The notes: generated by a model from the letters alone, not told the origin. Shown: positions 1 to 11,153, counted from the stretch's first letter. The stretch is DNA of 64,000 nucleotides from Hylemonella sp. (GCA_034366585.1 JAXMMJ010000027.1:19091-83090), one strand, 5' to 3'. Translations and numbers: made by a program.

Positions 1-392
1 ACGCCGGCATTGCCGGTTACGTGGGCGAGGCCACCGGCTACGTGCTGAGCTTCAGCAACGGCCTGGTGGTCTACCTCTCGGGTGACACGGGCATCACGGC
101 GGCACAGGACAAGGTGGTGCGCGGCTATTACAAGGCCCGCCTGGCCGTGATGAACATCGGCGACGGTTTCTCCACCGGCCCCTCGGAAGCGGCCTATGTG
201 ATCAACGACCTGGTCCAGCCCGCGGCCGTGATCGCCTCGCACGTGAACGAGGTCGCCACCAAGGGCGGCCAGGTGGTGCCGGGCAGCAAGACCGACCGTT
301 TCATGAAAGCCAGCAAGGTGCCGGTGCACATTCCGCTCAGCGGCAAGCTCATGGAGTTCGACAGCACAGGCAAGTGCGCTGCCGGCTGCTGA
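1..392 (+). CDS. MBL-fold metal-dependent hydrolase, C-terminal fragment (5' end lies outside the window)
   Basis: Frame is open from the window edge to TGA 390-392. Peptide ...VVYLSGDTG...MNIGDGFSTGPSEAAYV... parallels the C-terminal half of the complete MBL-fold protein at 34256-35089 (...IYHMGDTG...IPIGGHFVMSPADAAYAV...). A hairpin terminator follows. Confidence 0.75.
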   Translation, partial: AGIAGYVGEATGYVLSFSNGLVVYLSGDTGITAAQDKVVRGYYKARLAVMNIGDGFSTGPSEAAYVINDLVQPAAVIASHVNEVATKGGQVVPGSKTDRFMKASKVPVHIPLSGKLMEFDSTGKCAAGC

Positions 393-412
393 CAGTTTCC
401 CCATGCTGAACA

Positions 413-445
413 ACAAAGGCCCTCGTCGAGGGCCTTTTGTTTTGG
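413..445. terminator. Bidirectional rho-independent-type hairpin between convergent genes
   Basis: aaaggccctcg-tc-gagggccttt stem flanked by A/T runs (caacaaaGGCCCTCGTCGAGGGCCttttgtttt). Lies between the stop at 392 (+) and the stop at 459 (-). Confidence 0.75.
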
Positions 446-458
446 GGTGGGCGCTGGT

Positions 459-1985
459 TTAGCGGTTTCTGCGCCAGGTCTTGGGGAAGAAACCGCGCTC
501 GGCCAGCGTGAAGGCCGCTTCGATCAGCAGGGCCAGCAGCGCCACGGGGATGGCACCGGCCAGCAGGGTGGCGTTGTCGTTCAGGGCCAGGCCGGTGACG
601 ATGCGTTCGCCGAAACCGCCGGCGCCGATGAAGGCCGCAATGGTGGCGGTGCCCACATTGATGACGGCCGAGGTCTTGATGCCGGCCAGGATGGTGGTGC
701 GTGCCAGCGGCAGTTCGATCAGGCGCAGCGTCGCGCCCGGGCTCAGGCCCAGGGCCATGGCCGCCTGTTTCATGCCGACGGGCACCTGGCTGAGCCCGGC
801 GTGCGTGTTGCGCACGATGGGCAGCAGGGCGTACACGGTGAGGGCGATGAAGGCCGGCAGCAGGCCGATGCTGCCCGTGAGGGGAATCAGGATGGCGAGC
901 AGGGCCAGCGAGGGGATGGTCTGCAGCACATTGGTGCTGTTGATGATGAGGGCACGTGCCAGCGCGTGACGCGCCGCCAGCATGCCCAGCGGGATGCCTA
1001 CCACGATGCTCGCACCCAGCGAGAGGAAGACCAGGGCCAGGTGTTCCAGCGTGAGGCGCAGCAGGTCGGGGGCGAAGAGCTTGGCCAGCCAGCCCGGGGC
1101 CGCGGGGCGCGCATCGGACGTCCTGGCCGGCGCGGCCAGCTCGCCCGCCAGAAAGGCCTGGGCCACGCGCTCGAAGCTCTGGCCTTGCAGTTCCGCGCCG
1201 GCGTTCATCTGGCGCATGGCCGCTTCGTCGATGCGGCCTTCCAGACGGGCCAGTGCCGCCCAGCTGCGCGGCAGGCGCGCGGGCAGGCCGGCCCGGTGCA
1301 GCAGCACGGCGTCGTAGCGGGGGAAGTAGGCTGCGTCGTCCACCAGCACCTGCAGCTGGTAGGGGTCGATCTTGGCGTCGGTGGTGTAGATGTCGATGGC
1401 GTCGACCTGGCCCTGGGCCAGGGCTTCATAGGCTAGACCGTGGTCCAGGCCGCGTGGGCGGGCCTGCGGCAGTGCGTAGGCTGACTGCAGGCCCGGCCAG
1501 CCGTCGGCACGGCCTATGAATTCCTGCGACAGGCCCAGGCGCAGCGTGGGGTGGTTTTTCAGGTCGGACAGGCGGCTGATCTTGAGTGCGCTGGCCTGTG
1601 AGGCGCGCATGGCCAGGGCGTAGCTGTTGTTGAAACCCAGCGGCACCGAGGCTTGCAGGCCGAGCCTGGCGAGCCGCGCATTGAGTTCGGGCAGGGGCGG
1701 CACATGGTCCAGCCGCAGGATTTCGCGCGCGATGGTGCCGGTGTATTCCGGGTACAGGTCGATGCTGCCGGCCTGCAGGGCGCTGAGCAGGATGGCCGTG
1801 TTGCCCAGGCCCTGCCGGTGCGTCACCTCGGCTTCGCCGGCCGTCTGGGCCGTCTGCCTGACGATCTCGGCCAGGATGTAGGCCTCGGTGAAACGCTTGG
1901 AGCCGACCGTGAGGGTTTCGCCCGCGGCGGGCAGCACGCTGGCCAGCGCGAGCAGGCCGGCGGTCAGGGCTTGGAGCAGGGTCAT
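459..1985 (-). CDS. Osmoprotectant (glycine betaine/choline-type) ABC transporter, fused substrate-binding + permease protein
   Basis: N-terminal signal peptide (MTLLQALTAGLLALASVLPAAG) and OpuBC/ProX-like binding domain (DLYPEYTGT, YALAMR). C-terminal half is a multi-TM ABC permease domain. Start is set at the ATG at 1985 (MTLLQ...); the track ORF extends to 2033. Confidence 0.8.
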   Translation of the reverse strand: MTLLQALTAGLLALASVLPAAGETLTVGSKRFTEAYILAEIVRQTAQTAGEAEVTHRQGLGNTAILLSALQAGSIDLYPEYTGTIAREILRLDHVPPLPELNARLARLGLQASVPLGFNNSYALAMRASQASALKISRLSDLKNHPTLRLGLSQEFIGRADGWPGLQSAYALPQARPRGLDHGLAYEALAQGQVDAIDIYTTDAKIDPYQLQVLVDDAAYFPRYDAVLLHRAGLPARLPRSWAALARLEGRIDEAAMRQMNAGAELQGQSFERVAQAFLAGELAAPARTSDARPAAPGWLAKLFAPDLLRLTLEHLALVFLSLGASIVVGIPLGMLAARHALARALIINSTNVLQTIPSLALLAILIPLTGSIGLLPAFIALTVYALLPIVRNTHAGLSQVPVGMKQAAMALGLSPGATLRLIELPLARTTILAGIKTSAVINVGTATIAAFIGAGGFGERIVTGLALNDNATLLAGAIPVALLALLIEAAFTLAERGFFPKTWRRNR

Positions 1986-2024
1986 GCGGCGGGTGGGATG
2001 GTGCACCGGTGCATTGTCACCCGG

Positions 2025-2057
2025 GCAAAACAAAAGGCCCTCGATGAGGGCCTTTGT
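2025..2057. terminator. Hairpin terminator, inverted near-identical copy of the 413-445 hairpin
   Basis: caaaacaaaaGGCCCTCGATGAGGGCCtttgtt. Its reverse complement matches 413-445 at 32 of 33 positions. Sits downstream of the small minus-strand ORF 2091-2261. Confidence 0.65.
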
Positions 2058-2078
2058 TCGGGACCGACGCTGGCCTAG

Positions 2079-4445
<2,367 letters not shown>

Positions 4446-4451
4446 GCCGGT

Positions 4452-5483
4452 TCAGCCGGTGCGGATCACCGAGATGAACTCGTTGCCGCTTTCGGGCAAC
4501 CAGACTTCGCCGGGCCGGCCCAGGATCTGGCGGATGGAGGCACCGGCGCGCGGCATGGCCAGCACGTCGAACTTCTCCGTGCGCGGGTCGAAACGCAGCA
4601 TGGCGTTGTGGTTCCACTCGGCGGCCCAGACGATGTCCTTGTCGTCCACGTAGACGGCGTACACGCGCGGGCTGTCGCCGGGCGCCTTCCAGGTGCGCCA
4701 GCTGTTTGCGGCGGGGTCGTGCATGGACAGGTTTCCGCTGCGCCATTCGGCCACCCAGATGCGGCCGCGGCTGTCGGACCAGACGCGGCGCGCGCCTTGT
4801 TCGGGCGTGGGCGGCTCCACGATGCGCGAGGCGCCGGTCTCCAGGTCGATCTGCGCGATGTAGGAACCGGCCAGCGAGCACCACCAGATGTCGCCCTTGG
4901 GTGTGGCGCAGATGCCGTAAGGGCCGCGCCCGCGTGGCGAGGCCTGCACGCTGACCGCGCCGCTGCGCACGGCCACCTTGCCCACGTGGCCGCTTTGCCC
5001 GGTGAACCAGAGGTCGCCGTTGCCATCGAAGGCGCAGGTGTTGAGGTTGGCATAGGGCGAGTCCGCCGGCAGCGGATAGGCACGCACCTCGCGCGCGGGC
5101 CAGCTCACGCGCACGATGGCGTTGAGCCCGCTGTCGGTAAGCCAGGCGGCGCCGTCGGGGCCGGCAATGACACCGTGCGGCGAGGAGCCGCTGCCCAGGG
5201 TGATGAGTTCCGTCTTGCCCGTGCGCGGGTCGAACCAGCCCAGGTGGCCGCTGCGCTGCGCGGAGAACCAGACGCCGCCATCGGGTGCGGGGGCCAGGTC
5301 GTGGATGCCGGTGGCGCGCGGTGTGTTCAGCGGCCAGGATTGCAGGCGGCTGCCCAGGGATTGCGCGGCTGCCGTGGCGGGCAGGCCGAGTGCGAGGCCG
5401 GGCAAGGCCAGCAGGGCGGTGCGGCGCTGGAGCCCGCGCGGGCTGGGCGATGGCTTGGGTTGCGCGAACGAATGCTGCGTCAT
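4452..5483 (-). CDS. Secreted beta-propeller protein, virginiamycin B lyase (Vgb)/streptogramin-lyase-like repeats, Tat signal
   Basis: Twin-arginine leader (LQRRTALLALPGLALGLPATAAAQS). Repeated ...G.DG..WF.. / ..G.IW... blades. GAGGAG ribosome-binding site (RBS) before the ATG at 5483. Confidence 0.7.
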   Translation of the reverse strand: MTQHSFAQPKPSPSPRGLQRRTALLALPGLALGLPATAAAQSLGSRLQSWPLNTPRATGIHDLAPAPDGGVWFSAQRSGHLGWFDPRTGKTELITLGSGSSPHGVIAGPDGAAWLTDSGLNAIVRVSWPAREVRAYPLPADSPYANLNTCAFDGNGDLWFTGQSGHVGKVAVRSGAVSVQASPRGRGPYGICATPKGDIWWCSLAGSYIAQIDLETGASRIVEPPTPEQGARRVWSDSRGRIWVAEWRSGNLSMHDPAANSWRTWKAPGDSPRVYAVYVDDKDIVWAAEWNHNAMLRFDPRTEKFDVLAMPRAGASIRQILGRPGEVWLPESGNEFISVIRTG

Positions 5484-5632
5484 GGCCAGGTCTCCTCGCG
5501 TTGGATCTCGCTCCCGCGTGGGCGGGAGCGAACCATTCTGGCAGCAAGACGGGCCGGCAGGCAAGTGCTGCGCCCGGCGGGCCAGAGACCCGGCGGCGCG
5601 CTTGTGAAGAGCGCAGGGCGCAAAATGGGGCG

Positions 5633-6484
5633 ATGAAAGTACCCGAAAGACTCCAGTCCCTGGTCGAGGAAGGCCTGATCGATACGGTGGTGCGCCAGCT
5701 CATGAGCGGCAAGGAGGCGCTGGTCTACGTGGTGCGCAGCGGCGAGGACACGCGCTGCGCCAAGGTCTACAAGGAGGCCACGCAGCGCAGCTTTCGCCAG
5801 GCGGTGGACTACACCGAGAACCGCAAGGTCAAGAACACGCGCCAGGCCCGTGCCATGGCCAAGGGCTCGCGTTATGGTCGCCAGGCCATCGAGGCGGCCT
5901 GGCAGAGCGCCGAGGTCGACGCGCTCTACCGCCTGGCGGCGGCCGGCGTGCGCGTACCCAAGCCCTACAACTTCCACGAGGGTGTGCTGCTGATGGAACT
6001 GGTGACCGACGAACACGGTGATGCCGCGCCGCGCCTGAACGACGTGGCCTTCACGCCCGAGGAAGCGCGCCAGCACCACGCCACCTTGCTGACCGAGGTG
6101 GTGCGCATGCTGTGCGCGGGCATCGTGCACGGCGACCTGTCGGAGTTCAACATCCTGCTGGCAGCGGACGGCCCGGTGATCATCGACCTGCCGCAGGCGG
6201 TGGACGCTGCGGGCAACAACCACGCCGGGCGCATGCTGCTGCGCGACGTGGCCAATCTGCGCGGCTTTTTCGGGCAGTTCGCACCGGATCTGCTGGCCAC
6301 CGATTACGGGCCGGAGATCTGGGATCTGTACCAGCGCGGCATGCTGGACGCAGAAACACCGTTGAGCGGGCACTTCGAGAAGCCGGTGGGTGCGGTGGAT
6401 GTCGCTGACCTGACCCGCGTGATCGATGATGCGCGGGCCGAGGAAGCCGCGCGGCTGCTGCGCATGCAGACAGCGCGCGGATAG
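5633..6484 (+). CDS. RIO1-family atypical serine protein kinase
   Basis: GKEALVYVV...CAKVYK (ATP-binding Lys), LMELV hinge, IVHGDLSEFNILL catalytic loop, IIDLPQAV metal-binding loop. The N-terminal 116 codons of the track ORF are rejected. Confidence 0.85.
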   Translation: MKVPERLQSLVEEGLIDTVVRQLMSGKEALVYVVRSGEDTRCAKVYKEATQRSFRQAVDYTENRKVKNTRQARAMAKGSRYGRQAIEAAWQSAEVDALYRLAAAGVRVPKPYNFHEGVLLMELVTDEHGDAAPRLNDVAFTPEEARQHHATLLTEVVRMLCAGIVHGDLSEFNILLAADGPVIIDLPQAVDAAGNNHAGRMLLRDVANLRGFFGQFAPDLLATDYGPEIWDLYQRGMLDAETPLSGHFEKPVGAVDVADLTRVIDDARAEEAARLLRMQTARG

Positions 6485-6491
6485 GCCCTAG

Positions 6492-6767
6492 TCAGTCGGC
6501 CGAAGGCCAGTCGCTGAAGGGGAAGGGCGCTTCTTCGCTGGCGAAGCTCAGGAAGTCGGTGAGCTGGCGGAAATAACGCCCCAGGCCGCGGCCCAGTTGC
6601 TGCAGACGCTCGTTGGGGCCGCCGGCGACGATGGCCAGCACGAACTGGACGAGGGCCAGCACCCCGAGCAGCGTGGCGGCCAGGTGGAAGGCCATGGCCA
6701 TCAGGATCATGAGCAGCAGGCGCACCCAGAGGCTGCGTTTTTCGGGCGTGCCGGGAATGTTGCTCAT
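6492..6767 (-). CDS. Small membrane protein (DUF4389-like)
   Basis: Two hydrophobic helices (LLLMILMAMAFHLAATLLGVLALVQFVLAIV). Typical codon bias. Co-oriented with ORF 6790-7020. Confidence 0.65.
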   Translation of the reverse strand: MSNIPGTPEKRSLWVRLLLMILMAMAFHLAATLLGVLALVQFVLAIVAGGPNERLQQLGRGLGRYFRQLTDFLSFASEEAPFPFSDWPSAD

Positions 6768-6789
6768 GGGGTCCTCCTGTCAGCGGTGT

Positions 6790-7020
6790 TCAGGGCGAGC
6801 GGTGCAGGCGCGGTGCGGCCAGCAGGGCCAGGTTTTCCTCGATGGCGAGGTCCACGTTGCGCCAGCGACCCTTGAGCTGGGCCTTGTCCATGGCAGCCTG
6901 CAGCTGCTGCAGGTCTTTCACGGTGGGTGCCACCTTGATCTGGGCAATCGCCGCGGCCGCGTTGCCACCCTTGATCAGCGCAAGCACCTTGCCCGGCCAT
7001 TCACTTTGTTTTGCCATCAT
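6790..7020 (-). CDS. Hypothetical small protein
   Basis: 76-aa ORF immediately upstream of and co-oriented with 6492-6767. No recognised motif. Confidence 0.45.
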   Translation of the reverse strand: MMAKQSEWPGKVLALIKGGNAAAAIAQIKVAPTVKDLQQLQAAMDKAQLKGRWRNVDLAIEENLALLAAPRLHRSP

Positions 7021-7080
7021 CCACCTGTCAGTTCTTCAGGCCCCACTGTACACACTCGCAACAGGTATGCTCGCCTGCTC

Positions 7081-7386
7081 ATGAACTACACCGTGAAACT
7101 GTACGACGCCGACGGCGTGTCCGAGGCCCAGCACCGCGAGGCCGTGCTGCGGTTTCGCCGCGCGCTGGAAGACACCCTGGGTGACGCCAGCCTGGTGCTG
7201 CCCGTGTACCTCGCCTACCAGCGCATCGCCGCCGCCTACGGCGAACAGCCCGACACCGCGGCCCTGACGGATGCCGAGCGCGAGATCGTCGAACAATGGC
7301 AGGCGGCCGAGACGGCGGCCATAACCGCCGTCTTCGGCCCGCTGCGCAATATGGGCGACGGCATGTACGAGCTCAAGCCCGCTTAA
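7081..7386 (+). CDS. Hypothetical protein (101 aa)
   Basis: ATG at 7081 (MNYTVKLYDADG...). Coding-like codon usage. Its stop overlaps the convergent exonuclease stop (cTTAAg). Confidence 0.55.
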   Translation: MNYTVKLYDADGVSEAQHREAVLRFRRALEDTLGDASLVLPVYLAYQRIAAAYGEQPDTAALTDAEREIVEQWQAAETAAITAVFGPLRNMGDGMYELKPA

Positions 7387-8006
7387 GGCGCCTTGGCTGA
7401 GCTGCTGCCCAGCCCCAGCGCGTGGAACACGCGGATGGCAGCCCAGGCGTCGTTGGCCGCATAGACCAGTTGCGCTTCCGTCAGGCGCGGATTGGCCCAA
7501 TTGGAGGTGGCCGCCTTCTTGGACTTGAGGTAACGACGGTTGAAGAGGATGGCCACGGCGGCCTTCACACCCATGTCCTTGCGGTATCCGCGCTCGCGGA
7601 ACACGGTGTTGAGCTCCAGCACGCCGGCCGGCTCCACACCCAGCTTGGCCGTGATGCGCTTGCGGTCGTCGCCCAGGCCGAAACCGGCCTTGGTGACGCC
7701 GTGCAGGGCCAGCAGCTCGGCCACCGGCGCACGGCTGGCGGGCTCATGCAGCTGGAACACCCAGGCCTGTTCGGGCGTGGCGAGTTGCACGATATGAGGC
7801 CCGTCGGACAGCTCGCCCACGCGGAAGGTGGGTTTGGACTCGGTGTCGAAGCCCAGCCAGGGCACGGCGGCCAGCTCGGCGCAGGCTTTCTCAGCTTCCT
7901 TGACAGTGCTGACGAGCCGGATGCGGTCCGGCCCCAGGCGTTCGAAGGGATCGAGCAGGTTGATCTCATCCTTGCTGGGGGTGGGCTGGTGGGTGTGGGT
8001 AGGCAT
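7383..8006 (-). CDS. 3'-5' exonuclease domain protein (RNase D / DnaQ-like, DEDDy type)
   Basis: LGFDTE (Exo I), GFGLGDD (Exo II region), YAANDAWA (Exo III). Start taken at MPTHTH. Confidence 0.8.
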   Translation of the reverse strand: MPTHTHQPTPSKDEINLLDPFERLGPDRIRLVSTVKEAEKACAELAAVPWLGFDTESKPTFRVGELSDGPHIVQLATPEQAWVFQLHEPASRAPVAELLALHGVTKAGFGLGDDRKRITAKLGVEPAGVLELNTVFRERGYRKDMGVKAAVAILFNRRYLKSKKAATSNWANPRLTEAQLVYAANDAWAAIRVFHALGLGSSSAKAP

Positions 8007-8134
8007 GTTTATTTCACAATGTGATATAGATGTGTGACAAAGAGTTACGAATTCGGTATGCTCGCGCAAACTGCCACACAAGAGGGCAGAAGGCCAGAGG
8101 GCTAAGTACGTTCAAGGCAAACAGGGGGTGGAAC

Positions 8135-8377
8135 ATGCATTTGGAATTCGACGAACGACAGGATCGCATCGACCAGTTGTCCAAGCTGTTGTCGGTGATG
8201 CAGGACGTGGCACGCAAGCTTGCCAACGAATCGCATGGCCGATCCTACGACAAGGCGCGTGAGCTCAACGAAATCCTGCACCGGGCCCGCCTGCAGATGG
8301 ATGCCATCGAGACCGCGGAACGCTGGCAGGTCCAGATGGAACGCCGCCGCGCGCCGCGCACCAACTTCGAAAGCTGA
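8135..8377 (+). CDS. Hypothetical coiled-coil protein (80 aa)
   Basis: ATG at 8135 preceded by a G-rich RBS (cagggggtgg). First gene of a run of 4 tightly spaced or overlapping genes. Confidence 0.5.
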   Translation: MHLEFDERQDRIDQLSKLLSVMQDVARKLANESHGRSYDKARELNEILHRARLQMDAIETAERWQVQMERRRAPRTNFES

Positions 8378-8415
8378 GCGCCGGGGATAATCGGGCGTTC
8401 CAAGCAACGCCTCCC

Positions 8416-8670
8416 ATGTCCATCAGCAAGTCCTTCACGAGCGGTGACTACCAGCTCTACCCCTCGCCGCGCAACGCGCACCGCATCCTGTTCGAGCACC
8501 AGGTCTTCGTGCCCTTTCCCTATGCGCTGATCGACCTGCCGGCCATGGGTCTCAAGGGCCGCTACAGCCTGTTTGCGGCCAGCCGGGAGTCCGATCGCAA
8601 ACAGGGCCAGCTCGTGAGCTTCGAAAACGAGGCCGACATGGCCACCTTCAACGCCAGGTTCGAGCCGTGA
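8416..8670 (+). CDS. Hypothetical protein (84 aa)
   Basis: ORF with typical codon bias. Its stop overlaps the start of the next gene (GTGA). Confidence 0.5.
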   Translation: MSISKSFTSGDYQLYPSPRNAHRILFEHQVFVPFPYALIDLPAMGLKGRYSLFAASRESDRKQGQLVSFENEADMATFNARFEP

Positions 8671-9023
8671 AGAACAGCGGCGGTCTGGTCTATTCCACCG
8701 AGGGCGGGCGCATGTGCCCGGTCTGCCGTCGGCCGCAGGCGCAGTGCGTCTGCAAGTCGCAGCAGGCGGCCCAGCCGCTGGGCGACGGCAAGGTGCGGGT
8801 CTCGCGCGAAACCAGCGGGCGCGGCGGCAAGGCCGTGACGGTGGTGCGCGGCCTGCCTCTCGACGCGACGGCGCTGACCCAGCTGGGCAAGCAGCTCAAG
8901 GCGGCCTGCGGCACGGGCGGCACCGTGAAGGACGGCATGATCGAGGTGCAGGGCGACCACGCCGACAAGGTGCTGGCCCTGCTGCAGGCGCAGGGTTACG
9001 CGGCCAAGAGGGCGGGCGGATGA
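8667..9023 (+). CDS. yciH: Translation initiation factor SUI1/YciH family
   Basis: CPVC..C.C zinc-ribbon-like N-terminus followed by a SUI1 fold (VRVSRETSGRGGKAVTVVRGL...LKAACGTGGTVKDGMIEVQGDH). Confidence 0.85.
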   Translation: MKNSGGLVYSTEGGRMCPVCRRPQAQCVCKSQQAAQPLGDGKVRVSRETSGRGGKAVTVVRGLPLDATALTQLGKQLKAACGTGGTVKDGMIEVQGDHADKVLALLQAQGYAAKRAGG

Positions 9024-9247
9024 TTCCGGATGCCGAGCAATTGCAGCGCTTGCTGACGGTGGAAATGCCCTATGGCAAACACAAGGGCTGCCTGATCGCC
9101 GACCTGCCGGGCAACTACCTCAACTGGTTTGCGCGCGAGGGTTTTCCCAACGGTGACCTGGGCCGCCTGCTCGCGTTGATGCACGAGATCGACCACAACG
9201 GCCTCTCTGGCCTGCTGACGCCGCTGCGTCGCAGCGCCAAACGCTAG
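9020..9247 (+). CDS. DUF3820-family protein
   Basis: MPYGKHKGCLIADLPGNYLNWF motif. ATGA overlap with the yciH stop. Confidence 0.7.
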   Translation: MIPDAEQLQRLLTVEMPYGKHKGCLIADLPGNYLNWFAREGFPNGDLGRLLALMHEIDHNGLSGLLTPLRRSAKR

Positions 9248-11037
9248 GTCTTTTTCTTCGCCACCGGCGCCTTGCCGGGGAAACGCGTCTGCTTGTGCTC
9301 GCGCGGTCGGTAGAGCTGCACTTCCTGCTCGTAGCCCAGCTTGCTCTTGAGCACGCTGTTGCACTGCGTCACCACGTCTTCCAGCGTCTTGCGCCCGGCG
9401 GTCGCGCGCAGCTGCTGGATCAGCATGAAGGTCATGGCGCCGTAGGGCACCGAGCCGTGCGTGTACTCGTAGGCGTACTGGTCTTCGCGGCAGGCGGCCA
9501 GCAGCACCGGGTTGTAGGGGCCGTGGTGGCCCAGGCGCCGGGTGGCGGCCTTGAAGGCGGTCGGGTCGTCGCTCCAGCGGCTGACGGCGCGGCCCATCTT
9601 CTGGGTGGCGCCATCCATCCCCAGGTAACGGCGCACCACCTCGGCGGGGGCCTTGTTCATGCGGCCGCGCAGATCCAGCTTCTTGCGCGGGAACCACATC
9701 TGCTTGTCCACATCCCATTCGATACCGCGGTGGCGTACGTCGTCCGGCGGGTTGATGCCGCGCACCGCCACGCCGCCAGCGCGCGCGATGCCGCCCGAGT
9801 GGCAGCAGTCCAGGATGATGGAGAGGCGCGCTTCATAGGGCAGGTTGGCGTAGTACCGGGCCAGCGTGTCGTCGGTGATGCCGGTGTTGCCGCTCCAGTC
9901 GAAGTCGTAGGTGACCAGGGCCTCGTCCTTGTGGTCGGGCTCGCCGTCGGCATCCAGCGCAGCCACCTGGGCGCCGTGGCCGGAATAGAAGAGCACGCGT
10001 TCGTCACCGGCGCGCACGTCTTCGAGCAGCCACTTCAGGCGCTCGTTGACACCGCGGGTGGTGGCCCGCGCGTCGAGCACCACGCGGATTTCCTCGGGCT
10101 GGTAGCCGCGCTCCTGCAGCATGGCGCTCATCTGGAACACGTCGTTGACGCAGCCGCTCAGGCGGTTTTCCGGTTGCGGGTACTCGTTGATGCCGATCAG
10201 CAGCGCGCGGCGTTTACGCGGGCTGCGGCGCTGGACGATGGGCGCCTTGAACCAGGGGCCGCCCACGGCCGGTGCCGTCCGGGGCTTGACCGGCTCGACG
10301 CTGCGCGGCAGCGCCTTGGCCAGGCCGGCCCAGACGTTGCTGGCTGTGACTTCGTGCGCCAGGTACTGCTCGGCGCTGTGGTCCAGCGGGCCCCATTCGT
10401 CGAAATAGGTGTCGAGCTGGGTGTAGGGGGCTTCGGGGAAGTCCAGCTCGCAGGTCAGCACCGCGTCCTCTGCATTGAAGAGGTGGTACCAGTGGCGCAC
10501 GGTGCTCAGGGGCTTGAGGTAACCGCCGAAACTTTCGGCCAGGGCCGGGTGGCCGATCTGCGAACCCAGGGTGACCAGCAGACGGTCCTGGGCCAGGTCC
10601 TGCTGGGCGGCCAGGGTGTCGTAGGTGATGAGCGAACCCAGGCTGTGCGCGCAGATGACGTGCGGATTGACGCGCTTGATGCTCTGCGCCAGATCGCTGG
10701 TGAGCTGCTGGCGCAGCTGGGGCAGGGCGGTCCACTTGGCGACCATGCCGATGGTGTTGTCGATCAGCGTGCCCAGGCCTTTTTCCGCAGCGCGGCCCAG
10801 CGCGCGACGGTGTGCCCAGTAGCTGTTCCACAGGCGCTTGACGGCCTCGGCGTAGACGGCGCCGTCGGCGTGGGCGGCCTCGAAGTGCGCGTTGTAGCGC
10901 AGTTCATGGAATTCGAAGGCGTCGGCGGCCACGCCGGCACTGGCGGCCGCGCTGCGGATGGACTGCTGCCACTTGGCCAGCCAGTCGCCGTTCTCGTTGG
11001 TGTTGACGCCGTGGACGCACAGGATGCGGATGCTCAT
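9244..11037 (-). CDS. Fusion protein: N-terminal alpha/beta-hydrolase-like domain + C-terminal caspase/metacaspase (peptidase C14) domain
   Basis: N-terminus: ILCVHGVNT...ICAHSLGS (GxSxG nucleophile elbow). C-terminus: LLIGINEY...LSGCVNDV...LFYSGHG (catalytic His)...ILDCCHSGG (catalytic Cys). AGGGGG RBS before the ATG at 11037; the track start at 11082 has no RBS. Confidence 0.8.
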   Translation of the reverse strand: MSIRILCVHGVNTNENGDWLAKWQQSIRSAAASAGVAADAFEFHELRYNAHFEAAHADGAVYAEAVKRLWNSYWAHRRALGRAAEKGLGTLIDNTIGMVAKWTALPQLRQQLTSDLAQSIKRVNPHVICAHSLGSLITYDTLAAQQDLAQDRLLVTLGSQIGHPALAESFGGYLKPLSTVRHWYHLFNAEDAVLTCELDFPEAPYTQLDTYFDEWGPLDHSAEQYLAHEVTASNVWAGLAKALPRSVEPVKPRTAPAVGGPWFKAPIVQRRSPRKRRALLIGINEYPQPENRLSGCVNDVFQMSAMLQERGYQPEEIRVVLDARATTRGVNERLKWLLEDVRAGDERVLFYSGHGAQVAALDADGEPDHKDEALVTYDFDWSGNTGITDDTLARYYANLPYEARLSIILDCCHSGGIARAGGVAVRGINPPDDVRHRGIEWDVDKQMWFPRKKLDLRGRMNKAPAEVVRRYLGMDGATQKMGRAVSRWSDDPTAFKAATRRLGHHGPYNPVLLAACREDQYAYEYTHGSVPYGAMTFMLIQQLRATAGRKTLEDVVTQCNSVLKSKLGYEQEVQLYRPREHKQTRFPGKAPVAKKKT

Positions 11038-11153
11038 GGAACCCCCTGACAGCTGCTTGTGGATGTGCGTCTTTATAGGCATAAATGCGGCGCCTGTCTT
11101 CCCCCGTTTGTGGGAGGATAATCGGCGCCCGTATCCCCCACACGAGTTCGCGC

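Noticed and set aside
447-1436. 329-aa plus-strand ORF (and 481-969, 982-1317) overlapping the opu gene
   Set aside because: It is antisense to a gene with clear domain homology. The product is Gly/Arg/Ala/Gln-rich and low in complexity, typical of shadow ORFs in high-GC DNA.
9295-11049. 584-aa plus-strand ORF opposite the hydrolase-caspase gene
   Set aside because: It is antisense to an ORF with intact catalytic motifs. It has no RBS and low-complexity Ala/Gly/Val/Arg content.
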